From: an uncultured Bacillales bacterium
GTDB taxonomy: Bacteria > Bacillota_I > Bacilli_A > Acholeplasmatales > Anaeroplasmataceae
DNA length: 64,000 nucleotides
Assembly (NCBI GenBank): GCA_946407635.1
Contig: CAMJOZ010000001.1
Span: forward strand, 2,763 to 66,762
Direction of reading: 5' to 3'
Shown: positions 10,554 through 20,446 of the stretch, in pieces
Numbering within the stretch: position 1 is the first letter of the stretch
Layout: every line of letters begins with the position of its first letter
Notes under the pieces: model-generated
The model's database searches: none
Told to the model about the DNA's origin: nothing
What the model saw: only the letters and a program-made list of their open reading frames with translations
Translations under genes and position numbers: made by a program

Positions 10554-10580
10554 CAGCCAACAAGCTGTTATTTTATTTTT
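10552..10580 (+). terminator. Rho-independent terminator after def (may act on both strands)
   Basis: Stem aacagc/gctgtt (10552-10557 / 10564-10569) followed by ttttattttt. Confidence 0.65.
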
Positions 10581-11229
10581 CTACTAGATCCTCTATATTA
10601 CAATTTAATGCTTTAGATAGCATATAAATTGTTTCTAAGCTAGCCTTATTAATATCTTTATTTCTTTGTTCATACATTTGAATAGATCTTAAGGATACAT
10701 TTGATTTAATTGATAATTCTTTTTGTGATAAACCATTCATTATTCTAAATCTTTTTAAGTTAGTTTCTGGATATTTATTAATTATTAAATCATTAACAAT
10801 TTCTACAAATTTTGAAATATCTGCCTCATGTAATGTATAATACATTTTTTCTAAATCATCAAATGATAATACATCAAATATTTCTTTAAATTTTCTACTT
10901 GTATACCATTGATAATATGAAATAGCATAACCAATCCAATACTCAATTGTTCTTTCAAATTTGCTGATTGGTTCAAATCCTATTTCATATTTTTTTATTT
11001 CATAAATAATATCATATACTATTTCGTAGCCACTTCTACCTAAAACCATAAATATATTACCATTTTCAAGGTTTTTAGATACACTACTAGCTAAGAACAA
11101 ATTAATAAAATCATTCTTATTAATACCACAATCATTTATTGCAAAATCAAATGCTAAGCCTATTCTTTTTTGAATACTATTAAGATATATTTCTTGGTAT
11201 GCGTGGGTCATCATTTTTGATACCTCCAT
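10573..11229 (-). CDS. DUF3791-like domain fused to a C-terminal XRE-family helix-turn-helix (putative antitoxin/regulator)
   Basis: 218 aa. The C-terminus LKRFRIMNGLSQKELSIKSNVSLRSIQMYEQRNKDINKASLETIYMLSKALNCNIEDL is a classic Cro/C1 HTH. The N-terminal ~150 aa resembles DUF3791 by recall. It overlaps the upstream gene; alternative Met starts at 11214 and 11211 still overlap it. Confidence 0.6.
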   Translation of the reverse strand: MEVSKMMTHAYQEIYLNSIQKRIGLAFDFAINDCGINKNDFINLFLASSVSKNLENGNIFMVLGRSGYEIVYDIIYEIKKYEIGFEPISKFERTIEYWIGYAISYYQWYTSRKFKEIFDVLSFDDLEKMYYTLHEADISKFVEIVNDLIINKYPETNLKRFRIMNGLSQKELSIKSNVSLRSIQMYEQRNKDINKASLETIYMLSKALNCNIEDLVEK

Positions 11230-11869
11230 TCATAATATCTCTAATATATAAATCACTTGAATCTTCTTCTAATATTTTTAAATACAATTGATTTGCTTCA
11301 ACATTTCTATTAACTCTTTTTATATAGTATTCATCTTTATTAGCTTCTTCATATCCATCAAATTTTAATAATGAAAAAGCATATTTAGATTTAATTACAA
11401 TTTGTTCACCAAGCTTACCTAATTTCATACTTCTTGCAAGCTGATTAATAGATATACTATTATTAATAAAGCTTTCCGCAAAATCAAAATATGAATCATC
11501 TGCTCTATAACCAATAATTAAATCATATTGATTTAAATTAATACTAAAATTATCTATTAAATATTGTCTTGCTTTTTTAGCATTTGGAGTATTTATAGAA
11601 AATAATCTATGCTCAAGTAAAATAGCAATCCAATTTAAAATTGTATATTTTTCACTATTAAGATTTAATATATTCAAATATTCAGTATCAATTTTATAGC
11701 AATTACAAAAGCCATCCTTTAAAGAATTAACAGCCCATTCCTTTGCTAATTCTTTGCTCTCTGTACAGTAAAACCCTAATCCAAAATCATTATTTTTTCT
11801 TCCTTCACCAAAAATAGGTTTTTCTATAATATTGTTAGAGCCATGATATATAGTTATAATTTTTGACAT
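11180..11869 (-). CDS. DUF3990-like protein (possible H-Y-E type ADP-ribosyltransferase fold; putative toxin/effector)
   Basis: 229 aa. The N-terminus ITIYHGSNNIIEKPIFGEGRKNNDFGLGFYCTESKELAKEWA matches the DUF3990 signature as I recall it. It is the first gene of a two-gene operon with its own promoter. Confidence 0.55.
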   Translation of the reverse strand: MSKIITIYHGSNNIIEKPIFGEGRKNNDFGLGFYCTESKELAKEWAVNSLKDGFCNCYKIDTEYLNILNLNSEKYTILNWIAILLEHRLFSINTPNAKKARQYLIDNFSINLNQYDLIIGYRADDSYFDFAESFINNSISINQLARSMKLGKLGEQIVIKSKYAFSLLKFDGYEEANKDEYYIKRVNRNVEANQLYLKILEEDSSDLYIRDIMNGGIKNDDPRIPRNIS

Positions 11870-11891
11870 GTAATCATCACCTTCTAGCTAT

Positions 11892-11920
11892 ATTATATCA
11901 CTATGGTGATACAGTTTCAA
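11892..11920 (-). promoter_or_regulatory. Sigma-A type promoter of the DUF3990 operon with an embedded palindromic operator
   Basis: The minus strand reads TTGAAA-17 nt-TATAAT with a TG extension. The spacer contains the perfect 16-bp palindrome TATCACCATAGTGATA (11896-11911). Confidence 0.65.
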
Positions 11921-11930
11921 ATGTGCAAAT

Positions 11931-11960
11931 AAAAAACACCTCAAATTTGAGGTGTTTTTT
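11931..11960 (-). terminator. Bidirectional rho-independent terminator
   Basis: aaaaaacacctcaaatttgaggtgtttttt. The perfect 18-bp palindrome at 11937-11954 is flanked by A and T runs. Confidence 0.8.
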
Positions 11961-11962
11961 AA

Positions 11963-12382
11963 CTAATTATTATAAATATATTCTGATGGTTTATTCTTAT
12001 TATTCTCGTCTGTTACACCATAAATTAATAGTAAAATACCAATAATTAAAGAACCTAAGAATAATGCTAAAGCACCAATAACAATATATGGTACATTTAC
12101 TTTTGGATTAACAAATACTACAACTAAAGCTGCAACATTAATACCAAAAGGTAAAATACATAATACTCCAGCTACATTAAATAATATTTTAAATAGCTTT
12201 TGAGCAAGCTCAATTTCTTCTGTATCAGTTGGACGTAAAAATCTACCATTATAAGTAACTGACATACCTTCTTTAACCATTTCCTCAACGTCAATAACAT
12301 TTCCAACAACGAAGAACAAAATCATACCAATTAAAGCTAAAATAATACCAATTATTGATAAAATTTTTATTGCTAATTTCAT
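11963..12382 (-). CDS. Small integral membrane protein (4 predicted helices)
   Basis: 139 aa and hydrophobic (MKLAIKILSIIGIILALIGMILFFVVG...). SD AAGGAGGAAA lies upstream. Confidence 0.5.
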   Translation of the reverse strand: MKLAIKILSIIGIILALIGMILFFVVGNVIDVEEMVKEGMSVTYNGRFLRPTDTEEIELAQKLFKILFNVAGVLCILPFGINVAALVVVFVNPKVNVPYIVIGALALFLGSLIIGILLLIYGVTDENNKNKPSEYIYNN

Positions 12383-12463
12383 AATTAATTTCCTCCTTAA
12401 CCAAAAACATTATAAAATATCTAATCATTTAATTCAATAAATATAGATATGTAAATGTTTTAT

Positions 12464-13165
12464 TTAATCTTTTAAAACATACATAATAATACCACCAGCA
12501 ACACTAACATTTAATGATTCAGTATTGTTAAGTGGTATATAAATATTTTTCTTTACTAATTCTTTTACTTTTTGACTCACGCCATTGCCTTCATTACCTA
12601 AAATGATAGCAATTTTATTTTTTTCTTTTATTTCATTTACATCAATACCATTAACTACATCAGTACCATAAATATCATAATCTTTTAAATTTGATATAAA
12701 TTCAACTAAATTAGCATGAATAAAAGATAATTTAAAAATAGCTCCTTGACTTGATCTTATAACCTTATCATTATAAATATCACAACAGCCTTCACCTAAA
12801 ACTATTGTTTCAAAACCAAAAGCTTTTGCGCTTCTCATCAAAGCTCCTAAATTACCTGGATCTTGTACAGCATCTAATATTAATATTTTATTAGATAATT
12901 TATTGTTTTCTAATATTTTACATAAACCTACTTCTGTTGGGATTGTGTCTGTATTAGAAATTTTTTTCATTATCTCTTTAGTTACTTTAATATAACCATC
13001 AATATCATTTACTGAATAAGCTTCAACAAGTAAATTAAGGTTTTTAGCTTCCTTTACTAGGTGTGCTCCTTCTACTATAAATAAACCTTCTTTTTTTCTA
13101 TACTTCGATTGATTTAATTTTAATAATAATTTAATTTTTGGATTATCTAATGATGTAATTTCCAT
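12464..13165 (-). CDS. TrmH/SpoU-family RNA 2'-O-methyltransferase
   Basis: 233 aa. Contains LDAVQDPGNLGALMRSAKAFG, ILGNEGNGVS and SLNVSVAGGIIMY, the SPOUT motifs. Confidence 0.85.
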   Translation of the reverse strand: MEITSLDNPKIKLLLKLNQSKYRKKEGLFIVEGAHLVKEAKNLNLLVEAYSVNDIDGYIKVTKEIMKKISNTDTIPTEVGLCKILENNKLSNKILILDAVQDPGNLGALMRSAKAFGFETIVLGEGCCDIYNDKVIRSSQGAIFKLSFIHANLVEFISNLKDYDIYGTDVVNGIDVNEIKEKNKIAIILGNEGNGVSQKVKELVKKNIYIPLNNTESLNVSVAGGIIMYVLKD

Positions 13166-13169
13166 AATA

Positions 13170-14579
13170 TTATCCTATAGATTCAGTCATTTCTAGCTTA
13201 ATTAATCTATTAAGCTCTACAGCGTATTCCATTGGTAATTCCTTTGAAAAAGGCTCAATAAATCCCATAACAATCATTTCAGTCGCTTCAGCCTCTGTTA
13301 AGCCTCTACTCATCAAATAAAATAATTGTTCTTCATTTACTTTTGAAACTGTAGCCTCATGTTCAATATACATATCACTATTCTTACCAATATTTGTAGG
13401 AATAGTATCAGATGTTGATTTATCATCTAATATTAATGTATCACATTCAACATGGCTTCTAGCTCCCTTAGCACTCTTTTCACAAGAAACGATACCACGA
13501 TAATTAACTTTACCACCACTACGACAAATACTTTTTGAAATGATTCTTGAAGTTGAATCTTCACCTATATGAATCATCTTCGCACCAGCATCTTGAAGTT
13601 GTCCTTCTGATGCGAATGCGATAGATACTGTTGTACCTCTAGATTTTTTACCTTTTAAAATACATGCAGGATATTTCATATTTAATCCAGAACCAACATT
13701 ACCATCTATCCATTCCATGTGACCTTCATCATCAACTAAAGTTCTTTTTGTAACTAAATTAACAATATTGTTAGACCAGTTTTGAATAGTTGAATATCTA
13801 CAGTGTGCTCTTTTACCAACAAATATTTCAACTACAGCAGCGTGAAGTGAATCTTTTGAATATAAAGGAGCTGTACATCCTTCAACATAATGGATATCAG
13901 CATCATCATCTACAATAATTAGAGTTCTTTCAAATTGGCCCATTCTTTCTGTATTAATTCTAAAATATGATTGAACAGGCTTATCAAGCTTTACTCCCTT
14001 TGGAACATAAATAAATGAACCACCACTCCATACACAGCTATTTAAAGCAGCGTATTTATTATCATCAGATTTTACTAATGTTCCAAAATATTTTTTAAAG
14101 ATTTCAGGATGTTCTCTTAATCCTGTATCTGTATCACAGAAAATAACACCTTGATCTTCTAGTTCCTTTAAATTGTTGTGATAAACAACCTCTGATTCAA
14201 ATTGGCTTGATGAACCAGCTAAATATTTTCTTTCAGCCTCAGGAATACCTAGTTTATCAAAAGTTTCTCTTATTTCTTCTGGAACATCTTCCCATTTATT
14301 CTCAGTCTTATCACTTGATTTAATATAATATGTATAATCATTAAAATTAATAAAGCTTAAATCAGGTCCCCATTTAGGGTTATCTATCTTTAAGAAATTT
14401 TTGTATGCTTCAAGTCTATATTCAAGCATCCATTCTGGTTCATTTTTAGCTTTAGAAATAAATCTAATAACATCCTCATTTAAACCTTTACCAGATGATA
14501 ATACAGTTTTAGCATCAGTATGAAAGCCATATTTATAATCACCGACTATATCGTTAGCTAAATCTTTACTATTTTTCAC
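13170..14579 (-). CDS. sufB: Fe-S cluster assembly protein SufB
   Basis: 469 aa. Contains the SufB blocks YSTIQNWS..., [15 protein letters not shown] and [20 protein letters not shown], in suf operon context. Confidence 0.95.
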   Translation of the reverse strand: MKNSKDLANDIVGDYKYGFHTDAKTVLSSGKGLNEDVIRFISKAKNEPEWMLEYRLEAYKNFLKIDNPKWGPDLSFINFNDYTYYIKSSDKTENKWEDVPEEIRETFDKLGIPEAERKYLAGSSSQFESEVVYHNNLKELEDQGVIFCDTDTGLREHPEIFKKYFGTLVKSDDNKYAALNSCVWSGGSFIYVPKGVKLDKPVQSYFRINTERMGQFERTLIIVDDDADIHYVEGCTAPLYSKDSLHAAVVEIFVGKRAHCRYSTIQNWSNNIVNLVTKRTLVDDEGHMEWIDGNVGSGLNMKYPACILKGKKSRGTTVSIAFASEGQLQDAGAKMIHIGEDSTSRIISKSICRSGGKVNYRGIVSCEKSAKGARSHVECDTLILDDKSTSDTIPTNIGKNSDMYIEHEATVSKVNEEQLFYLMSRGLTEAEATEMIVMGFIEPFSKELPMEYAVELNRLIKLEMTESIG

Positions 14580-15009
14580 TATTTATCACCTCATCAATTC
14601 CTTTTTCGATAGCCTTCCATGCTAATGTTGCACATTTAATTCTAGCAGGGAAGCTTCTAACACCCATATAAGCAATTGCTTCACCTAAGGCTTCATCATC
14701 AATGTCATCTTTACCCATAACCATTTCATAGAAATCGTTAATGATTTTTTTAGCTTCTTCTACTGTTTTACCTATTAAAACATCAGTCATAACTGAAGCA
14801 CTAGACATTGAGATTGAACAACCAGAAGCTTCTTGCTTAACATCAACAATCTTACCATTTTCGATTTTAACTTCAACATTCATGTTATCACCACATGATG
14901 GATTATTTAAATGAACGAAATGATAATCATCAGTATGGACTAAACCTCTATTTTTTGGATTTTTATAATTATCCATGATAACTGTTCTATATAATTCGTT
15001 TAAATCCAT
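14569..15009 (-). CDS. sufU: Fe-S cluster sulfur-transfer/scaffold protein SufU
   Basis: 146 aa. Contains [14 protein letters not shown] and CATLAW, the three Cys ligands. Confidence 0.92.
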   Translation of the reverse strand: MDLNELYRTVIMDNYKNPKNRGLVHTDDYHFVHLNNPSCGDNMNVEVKIENGKIVDVKQEASGCSISMSSASVMTDVLIGKTVEEAKKIINDFYEMVMGKDDIDDEALGEAIAYMGVRSFPARIKCATLAWKAIEKGIDEVINSEK

Positions 15010-15024
15010 TTTTAAATCAACTCC

Positions 15025-16230
15025 CTAAAATTGTCCAAAAAAATCTTTTGCATCCTTAACAGCTTCAATAAATCTATCTACATCCTCAAGTGTATTGTAA
15101 AAATAGAATGAAGCTCTTACTGTACCAATAGTATCAAGCCATGAAGTAATTAATTGAGCACAGTGATGTCCTGCTCTAATACAGACTCCATGATTATCAA
15201 AAACACTTGCTGCATCATGAGGATGAATTCCCTTTAAATTAAATGAAACTGTACCTGTTTCACATGTTTCATTATAAACAATAACCTCAGGTATTTCTTT
15301 TAATTTACTAATTGCATATTTAGCTAATTCATTCTCATATTTAGAAATATTATCAAAACCAATTTTATTTAAATAATTAAATGCTTCTGATAAACCAATA
15401 GCACCAGCTATTATAGGTGTACCTGTCTCAAATTTATATGGTGTAGCTTTATATGTTTGAGAATCCTTAGTAACAGTATCAGCCATATCTCCACCAAATT
15501 CAATTGGAGGCATTTTTTCTAATAATTTCTTTTTACCATATAAAACACCAATACCAGTTGGTCCACACATCTTATGGCCTGAAAAAGATAAGAAATCACA
15601 ATCTAAATCTTTAACATTAACCTTCATATGAGGAACTGCCTGAGCTCCATCAAGTGATACTATAGCGCCAACCTCATGTGCTAATTTAATTATTTCTTTT
15701 ATTGGTGTAACATAGCCTAAAACATTTGAAACATATGTTATCGCAACAACCTTAGTATTCTTAGTTAAAACCTTTTTAAAGTTTTCAACAGTAATTCTAC
15801 CTTCTTTATCTAGTGGTATATATTTTAAAGTCGCACCTGTTTTTTCACATACATTAAACCAAGGCATATGTGATGAATGATGCTCAAGCTCTGAAGTGAT
15901 AACCTCATCGCCTTCTTTAATAAAATTCATACCATAGCTTTGAGCAACTAAATTAAGTGAAGCTGAAGCTCCTCTTGTAAATACAATTTCTTCAAACTCT
16001 GCTCCTAAACAGTTAGCTATATTAGTTCTAGCTGCTTCATATTTATCAGTTGCTTGATAGCTTAAGCCATAAACACCTCTATGAACATTTACACCAAGCT
16101 TATTGTAATAATCATCAACTGCCTTAATAACACAATCAGGCTTTAAAGCCATCGCAGCTGAATCTAAATAAGCTAAATTTGGATTATCTCTTAATACAGG
16201 GAAATCCTTTTTATATACTGATAAATCCAT
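15025..16230 (-). CDS. sufS: Cysteine desulfurase SufS
   Basis: 401 aa. PLP lysine in SFSGHKMCGPTG and active-site loop RAGHHCAQ. Confidence 0.95.
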   Translation of the reverse strand: MDLSVYKKDFPVLRDNPNLAYLDSAAMALKPDCVIKAVDDYYNKLGVNVHRGVYGLSYQATDKYEAARTNIANCLGAEFEEIVFTRGASASLNLVAQSYGMNFIKEGDEVITSELEHHSSHMPWFNVCEKTGATLKYIPLDKEGRITVENFKKVLTKNTKVVAITYVSNVLGYVTPIKEIIKLAHEVGAIVSLDGAQAVPHMKVNVKDLDCDFLSFSGHKMCGPTGIGVLYGKKKLLEKMPPIEFGGDMADTVTKDSQTYKATPYKFETGTPIIAGAIGLSEAFNYLNKIGFDNISKYENELAKYAISKLKEIPEVIVYNETCETGTVSFNLKGIHPHDAASVFDNHGVCIRAGHHCAQLITSWLDTIGTVRASFYFYNTLEDVDRFIEAVKDAKDFFGQF

Positions 16231-16237
16231 AATAAAT

Positions 16238-17014
16238 TTACCCCTTAATCAAATTACTTAAACGATTAGATATTTCTTCTTTAAATTTTTCATCTGGAAT
16301 AGAATCAATATATGGATTAACAATTCCTGAAATAATTAAGAAGAAAGCATCTTCTTTTGTTAAACCTCTACTTCTTATATAAAATAAAGCTTCATCACTC
16401 ATTTTTCCAATTGACGCACCATGATTTGCAAAACAATCATATTCATCAATCAATAAAATTGGTTTAGCATTAATAACTGACTCATCATCCATCAAAATAC
16501 CTTTAGATAGTTGAGAACATCTACTTTTAGCCATACCACTTTCAATTTTGCCTGTTACATCAAATATAATCTTCGCTCCATTTGAAGCAATACCTACATT
16601 TTCAATATTAGAGAATGTAGATTTATTTTTATGATCAACATAATAAACAAAACCTGATTTAAAATTATCTGAATATACTAATCTTTTTAAATTAAATTTT
16701 GCATTTTCAGATAATAAATTAACATTAATCATTTCATGTGTTTCATCTAAAGAAACAGAAATAACATTAACATTACCAAAGATATCAAATATTCTATCTG
16801 TGTTTTGACTTAATAATATAAAATATTTCAACACTGAATCTTTATTAACATTAACAGTTACATTACCATTTTTTGTAACATCGATAATAGTAACATTTGA
16901 ATTAATGATTTCAACATTAGTGTTCTTATCTATTAAATATATTTCATCAAATCTATTTTCTATTATAACAATATCCAAAGAACCCAATTTGGAAACATTA
17001 ATAATATTTGCCAT
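16238..17014 (-). CDS. sufD: Fe-S cluster assembly protein SufD (short form)
   Basis: 258 aa. The C-terminal block ANHGASIGKMSDEALFYIRSRGL is characteristic of SufD/SufB. It sits between sufC and sufS. The flanking genes leave no room for a longer N-terminus. Confidence 0.8.
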   Translation of the reverse strand: MANIINVSKLGSLDIVIIENRFDEIYLIDKNTNVEIINSNVTIIDVTKNGNVTVNVNKDSVLKYFILLSQNTDRIFDIFGNVNVISVSLDETHEMINVNLLSENAKFNLKRLVYSDNFKSGFVYYVDHKNKSTFSNIENVGIASNGAKIIFDVTGKIESGMAKSRCSQLSKGILMDDESVINAKPILLIDEYDCFANHGASIGKMSDEALFYIRSRGLTKEDAFFLIISGIVNPYIDSIPDEKFKEEISNRLSNLIKG

Positions 17015-17016
17015 TA

Positions 17017-17841
17017 TTAATTATTATTCTTTGGGTTAAAAGCACATGAAGATAACATCGCATGGGTTCTCTTTTCTTCTTTTTTCTCGATATCAACTCC
17101 AAGTTCTTCCTTTACCCAATCATAACCGTTCTTATCAATCTTTTCGATTAATTCCTTACCACCAGTTAAAACAATTTTACCGTTAATCATAATATGAACG
17201 AAATCTGGTTTTATATAATCTAATAATCTTTGGTAGTGAGTAATTAATAATACACCTAGATTATCATCTACCATATTATAAACATTTTCACCAACTATTC
17301 TTAAAGCATCTACATCCAAACCAGAATCTATTTCATCTAATATTGCAAATTTAGGCTTTAGCATCTTCATTTGTAAGATTTCATTTCTCTTCTTTTCTCC
17401 ACCAGAGAATCCTTCATTTAAATATCTATGAGCTAAATCCTCAGGCATTTTTAAATCATTTAAGGCTTTGTCATAATCCTTAATGAAATTAAATAATGAA
17501 GGAGCCTTACCAGTTTGAGCCTTTAAAGCCGCTCTAATAAAATCATTATTAGTAACACCAGGAACCTCAACAGGCATTTGGTATGCAAGGAAAATTCCTA
17601 ATCTTGCACGTTCATCTACTTCCTTATCTAAAATAGATTCACCATCTAGCTTTACATCTCCACCTGTAACCTGATATCTAGTTTGACCCATAATAACAGA
17701 TGACATTGTAGATTTACCAGTACCATTAGGTCCCATAATTGCATGAACCTCACCTGATTTTATTTCTAGATTTAATCCTTTTAAAATTTCTTTTTCTTCT
17801 ACTCTTGCGTGTAGATTCTCAATCTTTAATACATGTGACAT
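17017..17841 (-). CDS. sufC: Fe-S cluster assembly ATPase SufC
   Basis: 274 aa. Walker A GPNGTGKST, signature FSGGEKKRNE and Walker B AILDEIDSGLD. Confidence 0.95.
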   Translation of the reverse strand: MSHVLKIENLHARVEEKEILKGLNLEIKSGEVHAIMGPNGTGKSTMSSVIMGQTRYQVTGGDVKLDGESILDKEVDERARLGIFLAYQMPVEVPGVTNNDFIRAALKAQTGKAPSLFNFIKDYDKALNDLKMPEDLAHRYLNEGFSGGEKKRNEILQMKMLKPKFAILDEIDSGLDVDALRIVGENVYNMVDDNLGVLLITHYQRLLDYIKPDFVHIMINGKIVLTGGKELIEKIDKNGYDWVKEELGVDIEKKEEKRTHAMLSSCAFNPKNNN

Positions 17842-17898
17842 AAAGATTCCTACCTTTCAAATTCTTTCCCACAAAAAGTGTTGTGATATTTTAAATCA

Positions 17899-20325
17899 CT
17901 ACTTTATAACAATGTTTACAATCTTACCCTTAACTACGATAACCTTAACAATTTCTTTACCAGTAGTTAATTCTTGAATTCTAGGTAAAGCAAATGCCTT
18001 TTCTTTAACCTCTTCATCAGTTGAAGATAATGAGATACTGAACTTATCTCTTACTTTACCATTTATAGATACTACATATAAAACATCATTATCTTTTGTT
18101 TTTTCTTCATCATATGTTGGCCAGCTTTCAAAAGCGATAGTTTTATTATGACCTAGTATCTCCCACATTTCTTCACATATATGAGGTGTTACAGGTGATA
18201 ATAATTTAACTAAGCCTTCAATGAATCCAATATAAATTTTATCTGCCTTATAGGCTTCATTAACAAATACCATCATTTGACTTATAGCTGTATTGAATGC
18301 TAATTGTTCAAAATCATTAGTTACTTTCTTAACTGTTTGATGATATACCTTCTCTAAAGTATTATCATATTCTTTAGTGATTCTTTTTGTATATTGTTCA
18401 TCAGTAACTAATCTAAATACTCTATCAATAAATCTCTTAGCACCTTCAACACCTTGATTGCTCCAAGGCTTAGATGCCTCAAGTGGTCCCATGAACATTT
18501 CATATAAACGAAGTGTATCAGCACCATAATCTCTAACTATATCAGATGGATTAACAACATATTCTGGGAATCTCTTACCCATCTTAATACCGTTTGATCC
18601 TAAAATCATACCTTGGTGAACAAGCTTTTTAAATGGTTCTTTAACTGGAGAAATACCTTTATCATATAGATATCTATTCCAAATTCTAGAATACATTAAG
18701 TGTCCTACTGCATGTTCAGGTCCACCGATATATAAATCAACAGGCATCCAGTGCTTTAATAATTCTTTATTTGCAAGTTCCTTATCATTATCTGGATCAA
18801 TATATCTTAAGAAATACCAGCTTGAACCAGCAGAACCTGGCATAGTTGATGTTTCTCTTAAGCCCTTAACACCATTCTTATTATAATTCTTCCATTCTAC
18901 TGCGTTTTCAAGTGGAGCTTTACCATTTCTTCCTTTATAATCATCAAGTTCAGGTAAAACAAGTGGTAATTCCTCATCAGGAAGTATATACACACCATTT
19001 TCTGTATGAACTACAGGTACTGGCTCACCCCAATATCTTTGACGAGCAAATATCCACTCACGGAAACGATAATTAACTGTTCTTTTCGCAACACCCATTT
19101 TTTCAAGCTTAGATGTGATTGCTTCCTTAGCTTCTTCAACTGTTAAGCCATTGAATTCTTCTGAATTAATTAATTTACAGCCTTTTCCTAAATAATCTTC
19201 TTTTTCAAAAGCATGATCCTTACAATCTCTACCATCAATAACTTGAATCATAGGAATATTATGAGCTACAGCGTATTCAAAATCTCTTTGATCATGGCTA
19301 GGTACTGCCATAACTGCACCTGTACCATAATTAGCTAATACGAAATCACCAATAAATACTTGAACCTTTTTACCATTTACTGGGTTGATTGCATAAATAC
19401 CCTTTAATGGACAACCAGTCTTAGTCTTACTTAATTCAGCTCTATCTAAATCGCTCTTCTTTAATGTTTCATCTATATAAGCTTTAACTTCATCAATGTT
19501 TTCAACTCTATCAAGTAATGATTTAGTTACTTCTCCATCTGGTGCTAAAACCATGAATGTAATACCATAAATTGTTTCAATACAAGTTGTGAAGATTGAA
19601 AATTTACCACCATCTACAATTTCAAATTCAACCTCAACACCAGTTGATTTACCAATCCAGTTTCTTTGCATATCCTTTGTTGATTCAGGCCAATCAATTT
19701 CATTTAAACCATCTAATAATTTTTCAGCGAAGGCAGGTTGGTCAATAACCCATTGTTTCATATTCTTTCTAATAACAGGATATCCACCACGCTCACTCTT
19801 ACCATCGATGACTTCATCGTTAGATAAAACTGTACCTAATTCTTCACACCAGTTTACTGGCATATCGATATATTTAGCATAACCATCCTTATATAGATTT
19901 TTAAAAATCCACTGAGTCCATTTATAATATTTAGGATCAGATGTTGAAATACATTTACTCCAATCATAATCAAATCCTAATTCTTTTAATTGTTTAGTGA
20001 ATGTTTCAATATTTTTCTTAGTAAATCCTTCTGGATGATTACCAGTTTGAATTGCATATTGTTCTGCAGGTAAACCAAATGAATCATATCCCATTGGATG
20101 TAATACATTATATCCTTGCATTCTCTTCATTCTTGAAATTATATCTGTAGCTGTATATCCTTCAGGGTGTCCAGCATGTAAACCTACACCACTTGGATAT
20201 GGGAACATATCTAATGCATAAAATTTAGGTTTAGAAAAATCCCAAACATCAGTTTTAAATGTTTGATTCTTCTCCCAATATTCTTGCCATTTCTTTTCAA
20301 TTTTTTGATGATTAAAATCACTCAT
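17899..20325 (-). CDS. leuS: Leucine--tRNA ligase
   Basis: Start moved to the ATG at 20325 (MSDFNHQKIEKKWQEYW), after TAGGAGG. HIGH-region PYPSGVGLHAGHPEGY. KMGKR occupies the KMSKS position. Confidence 0.95.
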   Translation of the reverse strand: MSDFNHQKIEKKWQEYWEKNQTFKTDVWDFSKPKFYALDMFPYPSGVGLHAGHPEGYTATDIISRMKRMQGYNVLHPMGYDSFGLPAEQYAIQTGNHPEGFTKKNIETFTKQLKELGFDYDWSKCISTSDPKYYKWTQWIFKNLYKDGYAKYIDMPVNWCEELGTVLSNDEVIDGKSERGGYPVIRKNMKQWVIDQPAFAEKLLDGLNEIDWPESTKDMQRNWIGKSTGVEVEFEIVDGGKFSIFTTCIETIYGITFMVLAPDGEVTKSLLDRVENIDEVKAYIDETLKKSDLDRAELSKTKTGCPLKGIYAINPVNGKKVQVFIGDFVLANYGTGAVMAVPSHDQRDFEYAVAHNIPMIQVIDGRDCKDHAFEKEDYLGKGCKLINSEEFNGLTVEEAKEAITSKLEKMGVAKRTVNYRFREWIFARQRYWGEPVPVVHTENGVYILPDEELPLVLPELDDYKGRNGKAPLENAVEWKNYNKNGVKGLRETSTMPGSAGSSWYFLRYIDPDNDKELANKELLKHWMPVDLYIGGPEHAVGHLMYSRIWNRYLYDKGISPVKEPFKKLVHQGMILGSNGIKMGKRFPEYVVNPSDIVRDYGADTLRLYEMFMGPLEASKPWSNQGVEGAKRFIDRVFRLVTDEQYTKRITKEYDNTLEKVYHQTVKKVTNDFEQLAFNTAISQMMVFVNEAYKADKIYIGFIEGLVKLLSPVTPHICEEMWEILGHNKTIAFESWPTYDEEKTKDNDVLYVVSINGKVRDKFSISLSSTDEEVKEKAFALPRIQELTTGKEIVKVIVVKGKIVNIVIK

Positions 20326-20403
20326 AATTAATCCTCCTAAAAAATGAGTATATATATACTCATAACATTTTATCATAAAAATTTCAAATATGATATATTA
20401 AAC

Positions 20404-20439
20404 AAAAAAAATCTAGCAATTCATACCAAATCGCTAGAT
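20404..20439 (-). terminator. Rho-independent terminator after the GH105 gene
   Basis: Stem atctagc/gctagat (20411-20417 / 20433-20439) followed on the minus strand by a run of T. Confidence 0.65.
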
Positions 20440-20446
20440 TTTATTA

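Noticed and set aside
11863-12045. 60-aa plus-strand ORF spanning the DUF3990 promoter/terminator region.
   Set aside because: It crosses a bidirectional terminator and the 3' end of a minus-strand membrane protein gene. It has no SD and an implausible composition.
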